Source: Pseudovirgaria hyperparasitica
Lineage: Eukaryota
Length of the DNA stretch: 64,000 nt
Strand: one strand, 5' to 3'
Assembly (NCBI GenBank): GCA_010093815.1
Contig: ML996578.1
The notes beneath the pieces were generated by a model that had not been told where the DNA came from, ran no database searches, and was given only the letters and a program-made list of their open reading frames with translations. Both the position numbers and the translations under genes were made by a program. Positions 1 through 12,094 of the stretch are shown here, one piece after another (within the stretch, counting starts at the first letter, position 1; every line of letters starts with the position of its first letter).

Positions 1-3000
1 CAAGGAGAGGAAAGGAATAAAATGGTACGAAAAGGATGACCAGCAAGACAGAAAAGGATAGAAAGATGAGACAACCCACGAACGTGTAAATCCAAGTCAC
101 GTTTTTAGCTTTGGATAGACCCGTACACAAACGTACAGGGCTGATTTGACATATTAAGAAGAGCCCTGGAGAAGAAGCTATGCAACTTTGTGTTCAAATC
201 ACAAATTAGATGTGCATGCGCCAGCTAGCACATTCCCCTCAGCAATGTGGTTGACTTCCCCACAATCGCATGGCTCGCATCAGGCCAAGCGTGCGTGGGC
301 AGGCTGCATTCAATAGAATCTTGGGAACCCTGGGAAGCAATAAGATATAAAGACTCCTTGTCTACTTTTCCCAACACTTTGGTAACCCGCTGTGTATTGT
401 GTAGAGACAAGGAATGGGGCTGGCTGGCCTGGGGCGCCAAATCCAAAAGCGTATGTTGCCGCCACCAGCAAAGTCCCAGAACGTCATATAACCCCGGTAC
501 TCAGCGCTTCTGAAAAGGGCAGTCAATGTTAAACTGCGTCAGTATCCTGGCTGATAATTCCCATACCTAATCGGCCCATACTGACTAGTCTCGAGTATGG
601 CAGAGTCAGGTAGACGCAGCTCAAAACGCATGACTTGCATATACCATCACTGTCAACGGAATATGCATCCATCGGCTGCGGTGCTGAGTAGCCAGTGTAA
701 GAAACTCCACTTGCAGTTCACGCTGTCGATCGTTACCGTACAGTTTACGAGAGCCTGGTGAGTCCGATGCAGGTAGCAAGATAGGTGAGGTAGGGCACAC
801 CACGGAAGCCGTTCAATCCACGAATCAAGACAGACAGACGAACGTCACGATAGAAAAAGTCGGCAGGATGACTACGCATTAGGCAGTTGTGCCGTTGGCA
901 GCATTCGTTCGTACGGGACGAGAAGTGCGATCGAATCCCCAAAAAATCATTTGTGATGGAGGTGAGAAGAGAGTCCGAGGGAGTGTTGATGCAGCTCGTC
1001 AAGTTTTCGAGCGAGCTTTATCGGGTAGGAGTGCCGATCGAGATGGGTTTCTTGATCCGAGGGGGTGGATGTTGAGCTCAAAATGGGCAATGCGGGGAGT
1101 CGTGTTTCTCGTCGCTGACTAGGACTTTGCGCGACGTTGTTGGGAAGAAGCGTCTTTATGTGGCAATGGATGGACTGTATCCCATGTGACATGCCCTGTC
1201 GAGCCCGATGACAATTGCGCACACTGCATGCTAATACGGATGCTGGCAGGTTTGAGGCTTCGGAATGTGCTCACTTTCTACAGTGCTCCTACTGTTGAGG
1301 CCAGGCTGGCTGGATCGACGGTGCCGATATGGCGGACGGGAGCTGCCGAGGCCTGGTGAGGTTATATTACATGATCGTACATCCTTGATGAGGGAAAAGC
1401 TACGACTACAATCAGCTAATAAAGTGTACAGAATCGTATATATAGCGTCCAGGCTTACGAGACACGAATGAACTCTGCAGAGCCCGGGCCAGGAGCAGGA
1501 GCAAGAAGCATGCATGGGTAGAGAGTGTAGACTGCTCCCTACAAGAGAGGCTAGAAATGATGAGGCAATGTTCGAGAATTGAGACATGGAACATGCATCT
1601 AAACAGGATGCATCCACGCAAACAGTGGCCAGGTTTTTTGAGCGACTGGACGACCGATGAATGTGTTATCCTGAATAGGAAAAGGTGATTAAACTGTGCC
1701 GTGTTGGTGAATGCAGTGGACGATTGCGCGCGGGTAGGGCAAACGCATGCAAGACCCGTCACGCCTTGCTTGGGGAATGGCGGCTGGACGACCTACCAGC
1801 AGCCATCATCAGCATGTAGTGTAATTAATTAGTGGTATAGGGCGCGAAGAGAATCATCGAGCGTATCGCAGCTTAGCGACCTGAAAAGCCGTGATGCGAG
1901 AAAGCAATAAGATTATATTGAGCCAGTCTGATATTGGTTGCTTAAAGAAATCACAAGCGCGTCGTCCACATGGATGGTGACTAGTTTATTGATACGACTG
2001 GCAATAACAACAAATGATAAACATTCTGCGCGGAACCGTATCAAGGGATGTTGTCTTTGTTGGTTATTACACCCAGGGAAGTGTGCAACATTGCAATCGA
2101 AGAAGCAAGCGCTGGCTGCTAGACAACGAATCAATACCGTGTAACCCTTGCAGAGAGACAGCAACACAAACCTAAGGATGTAATTTGTATCTATTCCCAG
2201 AAAGGTTCTTGAATTTGCGGTATTTGCGTCCGCGCTATGGCAATATAGGTGGATCCACACGCTTTTTATATTGTCCGAACATGACTGCTGTGGACCTGGT
2301 GGTGGTCCGTAGCGCACAAAGCCTCGATAACCATCTACCCATGATATGATGATACCTGATGACCGTCAGTAGCCCTCAACTATGCCGATGCTACTGTTAC
2401 GGAAGAGGGGGTTGTCAAGCCTCTCCTGATCCGACTTTTCAACTTCTCTGACTTCTGTTATGTATATGAGCAGCGACAAATGTCAAACTGGCGGGAGCAA
2501 TGCCATTGTCAGTCAAGTGAAACATTCAGGGCCACTTTGGGTTTCCTGTGCTGATGTATTATTGGCCGCGACATTTATTGGGGCGACGGCAGGGCAAGGC
2601 CGGTGCATCGTTAGGTTAAGGTAGTCCTCCACCAATATTATAGTCCCGACCCGTCTTGTCTTCTTGTCTTGTTTCTCATAATTGTCTCCAGGGAAGCAAT
2701 CTCCTCGAGCCAGTAAATAATCAGCACGGATAAGACATTTATCTAACACATACATACATACAACATCTGTAAGAAAGCCCGCAGAAACATATCGCGGCAA
2801 GCAGTGTGTCGGATGTACTACGGGTAATTTGGCATGCGGCATCAGTGACGACGCAGACAACATGTTGGTATCCGAAACAGCATGCTGCGACAGAAGAGCA
2901 ACGGCCAGAGTGCGCTGTGTGCATGACTGACGGCCCCGTTGTTGTTTCTTGCCGAAGGGCAGCAGCATTTGAGCGTTGAAGATCGTAGCTGAGGCGATTT

Positions 3001-3645
3001 GGGATTGGGGATTGGCTACAAGCATGATGCAGCCAAAGTGTGTCATCAGCATCAGCATCAGCTTCGGCTGTCGCACAACTTCGCAGGCCTGGTCGCCGTC
3101 TTGGTGCCAATCTCTCTCTGCTCATCCCAGCCGTTGCCGTTCGTTTTGGGTTTGCCTATCCTGATCCCTTTTTTTATCCTTTTCCTTAGCATTTTACTTT
3201 GGCCCCTGTCGATGTCTGTCTCGACGACCCCACTGTAGCTCGGTCCATGACATGAATATTGGTGCAGCAACGCATGACGAGCGAATGATGCGTCCGATTA
3301 TAGATGGGCAAACGGTAAGACACACACACTCCCAGAAGGCAGAGGAGCTGGCTCTGGCATAGCCACAGTACAGGATAGCCACTACATATTAGTTCTTAGC
3401 TCGAGACATTGGCAGCAGAAGGGTGAGAGAAGTGGCCAGGTCGGTCTCGACCGTTGGACGATTGGGAGGGCGCATTTGATACAAACCAGTGTCGCGCCTA
3501 GAAAGGAGCGGGCTCTGTTGGCAGCTGATTCGCTGTCTGGATACTGGATAGAATGGAACGGTCAGCCTTTGCGATAGAAGGCGAGCCAGGGGGGGGGAGT
3601 TGTAAAAGTGAGGGCCTTTTCCTTTGTGGTGAAGAGTGTGGACTG

Positions 3646-3711
3646 GGGACTGGGACTGGGACTGGGACTGGGACTGGGACTGGGACTGGGACTGGGACTG
3701 GGACTGGGACT
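3646..3711 (+). repeat. (GGGACT)11 hexanucleotide microsatellite
   Basis: Perfect tandem GGGACT units read directly; explains the spurious GT/LG-repeat ORFs in the track. Confidence 0.95.
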
Positions 3712-3721
3712 TGGGGGCAGA

Positions 3722-3771
3722 CCTGGCTACTCCTGGCTACTCCTGGCTACTCCTGGCACTCCTGGCACTCC
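3722..3771 (+). repeat. Short minisatellite (CCTGGCTACT)x3 + (CCTGGCACT)x2
   Basis: Read directly, immediately after the GGGACT array. Confidence 0.9.
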
Positions 3772-4352
3772 TCACACTGGGACCCTAAAGCCAGCGCTGC
3801 TGCAACAGGACAGGCACCACCCCCCTTCCCCCCCCTTCCCTACCAGGCTTCCCTTCCCTCGTTCCCCCCCAAAAAGACCCCGAGACTCCAAAAAGCCTCT
3901 AAATTGTCCTTTACCTTCAACTGCTTCACGCTTCATCTCACACCCCCAGGCCGGTCTGTTCGTCGACAACATCGTTGTCGCCTGCTTCCGTTAATCTTCA
4001 TCGTCTTCTTCTTCATCCTGGGCTCCCTGAAGCCTGTCATACTCTCTTCACCGTCGTCCGTGCCTCGTTTATCCCGCAACCACTTTCCATCTTCGCTCTG
4101 TTCGCATCTCACTTCTACACTACAAGTCTGTACAGACTCGCTGTGTCTCTGCCATCTATAATACGGAATTCCACCTTTTCAGTCACCAGTTTGCTCTGTT
4201 GGCGAATTGTCGTTCCACCAGCCCCCCTAAGCCTGGCATTTACACATCCATTGACGACCTGAAAGTCCTGCGTTGCGCCTTCATTACCCTCAAACGCTTC
4301 CACGACATAGCATATAGTGTAGCATCGCTCCCTCAAACATTTTCGAAACACA

Positions 4353-5784
4353 ATGTCCACCGCCGTTGCTGCCCCGCCCAGCACTGCTGCTCACACCTCA
4401 TCATCGTCTACTACAGAGACATCGAGATCATATAGTACCATAGCTCCGCTCCATCCTGCTACCACTCCTTCAAAACCCTCTCAGACGAGCGCCCATAACT
4501 CTCCACACTCCAGTGATGGCGCGTCACAAAGAGGGATGGAGCCTAGGCGCTCCCCGAATTCGTATGTCTATTACTTTACATCCTTCTGATTCTTACTCTT
4601 CTCAACCTTCACCCCGTTCAGCTGCTCACAGAAGATCCCGTAGGCTTCGCGCTCCACCAGCCAAGATCTCGGTAAAGAAAGAACCCACCTCCCCCGAAAT
4701 TCCGACCGGCCGTCATCGTCCTCGTCGCCTCGAACTAGCCAATAACGGTCCAATTGGCCAGACTACATTGACTGCCAGGGGTCCTATGACTGCGAAAGAG
4801 AGTGCTGGGCTTGCTATACAGGATGTCGGCCTTGCATGTCTCTCTCCAGGTTTTCACACGCAAGATCCTAGTATGAGAGAACAGCTGCAGCGTAGCATTG
4901 ATGTGCGAGAAAATCAGAGAAAGATTATTGAGGCACGGCAGAAGAATGCCGGAAAGACACCTGCAGATCCTGCCGAGGGCTCCAGGCAAGATTACAACTC
5001 TTTCAGGTCTGCTGCAAAGACACCAGGGACATCCAGACGCAAAGGCCCACCCCCAGGTCTATCAATCAATGCACCATCGCACCAGCAATTTGCGAATGAG
5101 CGTGTCATCCAATCGGCGCCTCTTCACCAGACGTTTACTGGCCTGCGTCCTCAGCCAGGTCAGCCCATGCCTAGACAAGTTGCCAATGCTCCTTCAAGCT
5201 TGTCTCACACCTCACATATCCACCACGTCCCAGCTACGCAGACCAGTAACCGTTTACCTCCCATTTCAGACGTCTTTGCCGCCGAAGGCATCGGCCGCCA
5301 CTCCAACCACAGCCCTGGCCATTCCTCAAACTCCAACAACCAACCGCCTTTACCTTCTCCTGGTTTCCCTCCAAGCCAGCAACAATCCCAACAGCCTCCT
5401 CCCACCAGCCGACCACGTGAGTACAAATCCGCCGAAGAAGCCGTTGCATCCCTATCGGGAGGTCGAGAAGATCTCATGCCCAAGATCGTGCACTACGGTG
5501 GTCACCAGCCTCCCACGCCACCCTCCCCGATGCCTCAGCACGGAAGCGCTAATTATCATCCCGGCGCAGTTCCTTCTTCAGAATTACATCGCACTAGCAG
5601 TGCAAGACGACGAGGCCGCGATGAGTACGAACGTGACGCTGGATCTCCACCACTTGGCCGTCAAGCCGAACCGCGAAGATCTGGACCATTCGGCGAAGGC
5701 CGCGACTCTCCAGAGACGCAACGCAAGAAGAAAGAAGAATTCATTCAGCTTTGCGCTCGTGCGTGGGATCTGATGCACTCATGA
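4353..5784 (+). CDS. Conserved fungal Pro/Ser-rich protein, candidate Dig1-like Ste12/MAPK regulator (2 exons; intron 4562-4643)
   Basis: ATG 4353 in CACAATG context; GTATGT...TAG intron joins SPNS|LRAPP in frame; motifs GLACLSPG, RRKGPPPGLSI and C-terminal KEEFIQLCARAWD. Confidence 0.8.
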
Positions 5785-8728
5785 ATCATGGCCTGCCAAT
5801 CGGTCGCATACATATATCCTGTTAGGGTTAGTGCTACTCTTATGCAGCCCTTACGGGAGGCTTTCATGCCTCCCTGTTACGTTCACGAGACGCAAAGGTG
5901 AACGACTTGGTGGCAGTATTGACTACGAGGACTTTGGCTGGTGTCTTGAGGCGACATGGTTTTTAATTTACGTCACTGCGCATCTCAATACTGTTTTGAC
6001 ATTTTCCCGCTTCCAGACCGCTGGCTTATACCCTTATATGTATTGTCTAAAATTTTGGATGATCGGTAAACGGCACTCCAAAAGCATCCCTTTCGAGTCC
6101 CATCTCATCTGCTTGGTTTAAAGGTTGTTTTGCGTCTTCATCTTGTTACTCTATTTGGTCCGATTAGCGCTCTTCTGACTCAGTGTGCGGCGTGGGTGTG
6201 GCACAGCAATACACGCACCACTCTCTTGGAACGGCTGTTTCGGTGTTGGTCACGCGTCAATTGCTCGTTCAAGATACCTGCCACCGTTCCACTTGCCATA
6301 TTTGGATATGAGTCCCTTGCAAGATTTGCCGCGCAGGCGGCTCGGGGTGCTTCATTACTGGGTCCCGTTACTTCACTCGATTCACACATTTGGGGTGGAT
6401 TTAAGCTTCACCACCTGTGCTATGTGTTTGAATGAGAAGAAAAGCTTCCAGATTAGAAGCGCAACAAACCCAGCAGTAGTAGACACGCGGGCTTCACGAC
6501 CTGTGGGAGCAGGAGCAGAAGCAGGAACAGGAGCAGGAGGGAAAATCTAGTTGGAGGTTGGGTGGTTAGGTGACTTGTCTAGACGAGTACTGATTGCATG
6601 CTAGGATTTCGCAATGCAAGGAAAGTCCGATCTTTATTTACACGAAGCATGGACCATATAATAGGGTGATATCTCCAGGCGCTTCAGCGTCGTGCTGTCA
6701 GGTCGAGGCGCGTCGACCTCGTACTTGCTGCGGTCGGCCTCATGATTAGCATGCATCCCACCCGTAAAAGTACGCAGTTGTAAACTACGGCGCACCGGGG
6801 GGCGCGGGCGGTTTTGGAAGGGGGAACAACAATCACGACGGGAGAGACAGAAAAAACAAAATATCGGCAGCAACTGTTATTCCCCAAAGCTTTTCAATCG
6901 AAAAATCATTCTCTTTAATTACTCTCGCGCCTTAAATCGCTTGTAGGACTGACTCGTGATATATATCCATTTTTCCGCCCACTATACGTACCTACGTATA
7001 GTGTACATGATACTGTACATGATACATGATACATGCATCATTGCTCACTCATGTGACATCATACCCTGACTCGCCTTCGTCTGTCAAAGTCCAGCCTGGG
7101 TCGGTCAGTTCGCTGGAAAGGGTAATTAAGGAAAGGGACGGGGATCTCAGACGGGACGTATGTATACGTGGATTGTTTGTGTGTGTTTGTATGTCTCGTA
7201 TTGTGAATCCCTGGGGGACCCCTCATGAATCAACTGCGAAACAGCCACAATCCAATCACACATCGAAGAGGAGGGAGGATTGTTCACGAGACGGCGTTTC
7301 ATCGTCTTCGTGTTTACCCCTCCTCCTCCTCCTCATCACCGCTGGATCTCGGGGCTTCTGTTTGTTTTTTATGTGTCTGTCTGTCTGTCTTTGTATCTGT
7401 TTATGCATGTTGACTGAAAGAAGGGTCCTGAGTGTCGGCGAGAAAGGAAGGATCGTATGTTTCGTGTATTTCTCCCTCTCGAATCACTAGTACGGTTTGA
7501 TTTCAAATGGATGAATAGTTGGACGGGTTTGTAGAATCATGATGAAGTGGGGTGCTTTCTCTTGGCTAATCAGAAAATACCATACCACACTTCATCCGCA
7601 CGGGATATATAGAGAAGCCGTGTCTTGTTGTATCACAAATGTAATTTCTTCTTCTTCTTTTCCTGGGGTGGGTGGGTATATATATGCTAGACGAAACGAA
7701 CCGGCGACCCCGCATCATGGATGGATGTTTCTTTTTCAAATACACACACACACACACACATTTCACCGAATCGCAAAACATTAACAAAGCAAACTTAGCA
7801 AGTCCCCACTCGACTTGGTAGATATAGATATCCAGGTAAAGACGGTTTCGCGATCATCAGGGGAAGCTGAGCGGGGGTCATTGTTTTGAAAGATTGGGCA
7901 CCTGATCCGACCACCGTTGTTGAACAAGCACGCATGGATGGGAATCCGCTTGGAGCGAATGAATGAATGAAGCAGGGAAAGGGAAGGAAGGAGGGGTGGT
8001 GGATAAGCGACGTTTGGGGTTGGGTTGGAGGAGGAGGAGGGGTTGTTTGGTAGGTAAGTAGGTAGTAGGTATTTATGCCCCCCCTGCTGCAGCCGCTGCT
8101 GCCCCCAGTCAGTTTGTTTCAGAACAAACGTCGTGTGTTTCAGATATTTCGTTTTTTTGTCGCAAACGAACGAGGGGGGGGAGGTGGTCGTATCTGTTCA
8201 TATGACTGATAACGTTATGGGTGTGTGTATATGTGGGTTTTGTATAGGCTGGTGGTATCAAGGGGGTTCAAGCCAGGCAGGGTAAATGTGAGGATAAGTC
8301 CCAGGTTGAGGCGATAATCATATATGCAGGGTCTCGCTAACGCTTGCTGGCTCTTGCTTGTGCTCGGTTGCGGGCAATATGGATGTATTATGTACGTATG
8401 TAGCTGATACGCACGGGGCGTCGCGGGCGATTCGACGACGTCGAGGGTAGGCGAGACTGGGGGGGCGCGGCATATATTCATTCCTGGGTTGATGCCCGTG
8501 ATATCATGTAGCGCTTGCGGCTCTGGTATATGTGTGTATGGTAAGGGTTTGCTACATTGCTTGCGGATGCAAGATTATGATCTACAGCAGTGCCATATGG
8601 GCACGCAATCATATTGGGATTATCATCGTCATCGTCGTCAGAGTAGTAGTGTCTGTCATGTATTCTGGCCCCATCGAGGCCATCCAACAGCGTGTAATTG
8701 GTAAAACATGTGTGCCTGTCGATGAAAT

Positions 8729-9781
8729 TTACATTGTTCGTCGGGCTCGTGGCATCTGTTTCTTCTCCTTGCCGGCAAGCTTCTTTCGTCGTCTTTGCAT
8801 CAACTTGTCCCGCGACTTGGCGTTCATGCTGTTGTACTTCTCAACGAGGGCTTGCTGCTTAATCTCGGAACGCTTGAGGTAGAATGGCTTCTTGCCGTGC
8901 TCAATCGCTTCCTTTTCTTTCTTGCGGTGTTCACGCTTGACCTCCTGTTCTTTGTCCTTGGCCGCTTGTGCTTTAGCGCGATTCTCCATAGATGTGATCT
9001 GTTTCTTCAGGTCCTCCTTATATGTGGCATCCTTGCTTTTCTTCTGTGCGTTCTTGAGCTCAGCGATTTCGTCTGCACGATAATCTTTGAGAAATGCGTA
9101 CTTTCGGGAAAGAGAATCACTACTCTTTGGCGGTCCGGAGAGTGGGTCGAAGCGCGGATCTCGAGAAACGCGTTTGTGAGTCTCTAGAACGGTACGCCTC
9201 CGTGTGACAGGCTTCTTGCTCGATTGAATCGCTGGTGCGTGTTTAGATGATCGCTTTCGTGGATCGTCATTCCCATCCTCATCCTCATCGTCAGAATCTT
9301 GCGAGTCGTCCGAGGTGTCAGGCTCGTCCTTGCGCCTTCGTTGCTTCGCTGATACCTGCAGTGGCTGAAGCTCTTTCCCTGATTTCATCGACTTAAGCTC
9401 GAGAAGTCTCTTCCGTAGTGCCAATAGCTTGTCCTCTTGTTGCCCCGATGACTCCGCACCCCTCTTACGTTTACGACTGCTCTGCTGATCCTTAAATAGA
9501 GCAGCCTGAGCTTTCGCCAGAGAGCCGAAAGAAACCTTGCTCAGCCGTTCTTGAGCGTCTTCATCCGCTTCGTCATCTTGTCCAGCATTGTCCTCATCTT
9601 CCTCTTCCGTGTTAGTCAAGTCGCTTCCTGCCTCAGATGCGGAGAAGCTACCCTCTCTGTCTTCTCCGGTATCTAGGATGGAGGGTGATGACACATCGAG
9701 CTCTGATGAGTGCGGATCACTGTCGTATTCCTCAGCCGTGCGAGGCTTAATTGAGCGGCTGAGTTTCTTGGAGAGAACCAT
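8729..9781 (-). CDS. RRP36: rRNA biogenesis protein Rrp36 (DUF947)
   Basis: 350-aa ORF with SKHAP..SSKKPV, RDPRFD, YAFL.DYR..E and GKKPFYLKRSE motifs. Confidence 0.93.
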   Translation of the reverse strand: MVLSKKLSRSIKPRTAEEYDSDPHSSELDVSSPSILDTGEDREGSFSASEAGSDLTNTEEEDEDNAGQDDEADEDAQERLSKVSFGSLAKAQAALFKDQQSSRKRKRGAESSGQQEDKLLALRKRLLELKSMKSGKELQPLQVSAKQRRRKDEPDTSDDSQDSDDEDEDGNDDPRKRSSKHAPAIQSSKKPVTRRRTVLETHKRVSRDPRFDPLSGPPKSSDSLSRKYAFLKDYRADEIAELKNAQKKSKDATYKEDLKKQITSMENRAKAQAAKDKEQEVKREHRKKEKEAIEHGKKPFYLKRSEIKQQALVEKYNSMNAKSRDKLMQRRRKKLAGKEKKQMPRARRTM

Positions 9782-10103
9782 GATGTTCTTGGTTATTTCG
9801 CCTATCTAGGTAGCTCATGCAATCTACAAGTTTTCCCCACCTGAAAAGTTGGCGCCGCGGCGAATCCTCGGATCAGGGCGCAACATTGAAACAACAGTGA
9901 ATCTGACCTTTGTTCTGTATGTGGTGTTCGAGCGTATTAAACAGGTAGATGTTGCCTGTTATCATACGGACCTGGTGTAGGTCACTCCGCCCGCAGATCG
10001 CGCCGCCAATCCGCGTCACGCTTCATGTCGCGCGCCACTACTGTTCACCGGTAACTTCCTGCTCAAGGCAGACTCAAGGCGCCACTCACTAACGACACCA
10101 AAG

Positions 10104-11717
10104 ATGACCAGGTCAAAGAACCTGCTTAATTCAAAAGATCCTACCGGTCTCTTGAACACGGACATACCCATTAACCAACCAGAGCTCAGGCCCGCACATT
10201 CCGAGGCCGCGCCGGTATCACCAATATCTCAGTGTTCGACGAATGACGCGGAATTTATTGGAGACACTTTACTTTCAGCTCTAGACCTAGATCTGAAACC
10301 TCAGCAAGAAAATTGCAAAGTGAAACAAACCCAGGTCGGTATAAGTAGAGATAGTGAACTGCAGGACAAGCCATCCCTCGGGGACACAGAGATCCAAGAT
10401 AACAATATCGGAAGATTACAACAGCCAAAGCGAAAGAAGCGGAAACCCAAAGCCGCTAAAGCTGCAAGACCCATTGCTCAACGTTCTGAAAGAGAGGCTG
10501 CAAAAGGAAACGATTCCAGCGCGAAGATCAAGAAGAAGAAGCTCACAAAGAGTGAACGAAAAGAGAAAGGACGACTTGCTATTGAAGCCAACAGAGCGAA
10601 GCTTTCACAGAAGGCAAACATGGAAAATGGACCGTCAGACTATCGAGGGGGAATGCATCGTCAAGGACTTCGACGGAATCATGATAATCCTAGTAGGTTC
10701 TTGACAGGCGCAAATGCTACAACAGTGGTGCCTCAACCACAGCCACCGTCCGGCACCAGCCCTCAACAATGGCAGCCATCTCCTCAAATACCCTGGAATC
10801 AACAGCAGTTATCTATGAACAATGTTCCCCAAGCGACCCCTTATGGACAGCCTACGTGGACGCCACCAATAATGGAATTTATGCCGCCTATGCCATCAAC
10901 GTTTGGCATGCCGGGCAGTGCCTCTTCAAATCTCTTCACGGGTCCAACACAGGACTTCAATAGTATGGCTGGTCTTAGGTCGACCCAGGCACGCAACTTC
11001 TCCTCAACAGGTTCTGAGCAAGGAAGAGCTCCTGCATTCAAACGCCTTAGCTCACCAAAACGCGAGCTCATTCCCAGGCCGGTCCCTACGGCCGAATATC
11101 TTAACTTGGCCAACGGCGAGGCCAAGCCATGTCAAGAAGCGCGAAAGATGCTACTGGTATTCGATCTCAACGGAACACTCGTATTCCGACCGAACCGTGA
11201 CGCTAGTCGATCGAAATTGCGCCCAGGCTTAGATAAATTCATGGAATTTGTCTTTGCGAATTTCCACGTCATGGTATGGTCGAGCTCGAAGCCCGAGAAC
11301 GTGGAGACAATGTGTACGTTGGCCTTCACAGACGAGCAGCGCGACAAACTAGAAGCAAAATGGTCTCGGAAGCAGCTCCGTTTGTCTCAGCAGCACTACA
11401 ATTCTAACGTGCAAGTATACAAGCATCTGACATGGATCTTCGACTTCAAGTCTAGCAAGATATATCACCCAGATCATCCCAACGGTGGACGCTGGGACGC
11501 TACGAATACGATCCTGATTGATGACTCGGCGCTGAAGTCAGCTGCTGAACCCTATAATCTGATTGAGATACCAGAGTGGGATGGCCAAGCCAAAGAACAT
11601 GACCAGACTCTTCTGGTACAGTTGATGGACTATCTTGATGAGATAAGATACTACGACAACGTTGCTTCCTGCATTCGGCAGCAACCGTTTAGATGGGATA
11701 AGAGTTTGGCTTCATGA
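10104..11717 (+). CDS. NIF/FCP1-homology (HAD-like) domain protein with long basic, disordered N-terminus
   Basis: LLVFDLNGTL, LRPGL..F, VMVWSSS, W...NTILIDDS..K motifs. Confidence 0.85.
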   Translation: MTRSKNLLNSKDPTGLLNTDIPINQPELRPAHSEAAPVSPISQCSTNDAEFIGDTLLSALDLDLKPQQENCKVKQTQVGISRDSELQDKPSLGDTEIQDNNIGRLQQPKRKKRKPKAAKAARPIAQRSEREAAKGNDSSAKIKKKKLTKSERKEKGRLAIEANRAKLSQKANMENGPSDYRGGMHRQGLRRNHDNPSRFLTGANATTVVPQPQPPSGTSPQQWQPSPQIPWNQQQLSMNNVPQATPYGQPTWTPPIMEFMPPMPSTFGMPGSASSNLFTGPTQDFNSMAGLRSTQARNFSSTGSEQGRAPAFKRLSSPKRELIPRPVPTAEYLNLANGEAKPCQEARKMLLVFDLNGTLVFRPNRDASRSKLRPGLDKFMEFVFANFHVMVWSSSKPENVETMCTLAFTDEQRDKLEAKWSRKQLRLSQQHYNSNVQVYKHLTWIFDFKSSKIYHPDHPNGGRWDATNTILIDDSALKSAAEPYNLIEIPEWDGQAKEHDQTLLVQLMDYLDEIRYYDNVASCIRQQPFRWDKSLAS

Positions 11718-12094
11718 TCTGTTATTGTCGGTGCATTTGTAGGATTGATAGAATATGTTGCATGGGTCGGCGTAAGGCATGGACTTTAGGCCCTATTATT
11801 CTGTCAAGCAAGGCGTCTTCTTTTTGATATACTCAGGCGTATCATATACTGTGCGTCACATATCAGTAGCTTGGCTCACAGGTATGTTCCGATCCAGGAA
11901 CATGTTTCGAGCGTACAGGAGGGAATTTCAGCTCATTAGGTATGGAGCGGCAAACGATTAAATACTACACACTCAATGAAGCAAAATTCAGCATAGTAAA
12001 TATGAGGGTCCTCTACGATGCCTAACGGATATCATCCATGCCACCCAGCCCCCCTAGACACCTAATGAACAATTCATCATATGCGCGTAGTACA

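Noticed and set aside
1..3550. Many short overlapping ORFs (60-190 aa)
   Set aside because: No recognisable motifs or codon bias and they contain microsatellites; treated as intergenic/regulatory
3553..4161. ORFs with GTGTGT / LGLGLG repeats
   Set aside because: Translation of the GGGACT microsatellite, not proteins
5831..8700. Short ORFs and simple repeats (CA, GAAT, GAG, ACATGAT)
   Set aside because: Low-complexity intergenic/UTR sequence with no coding signal
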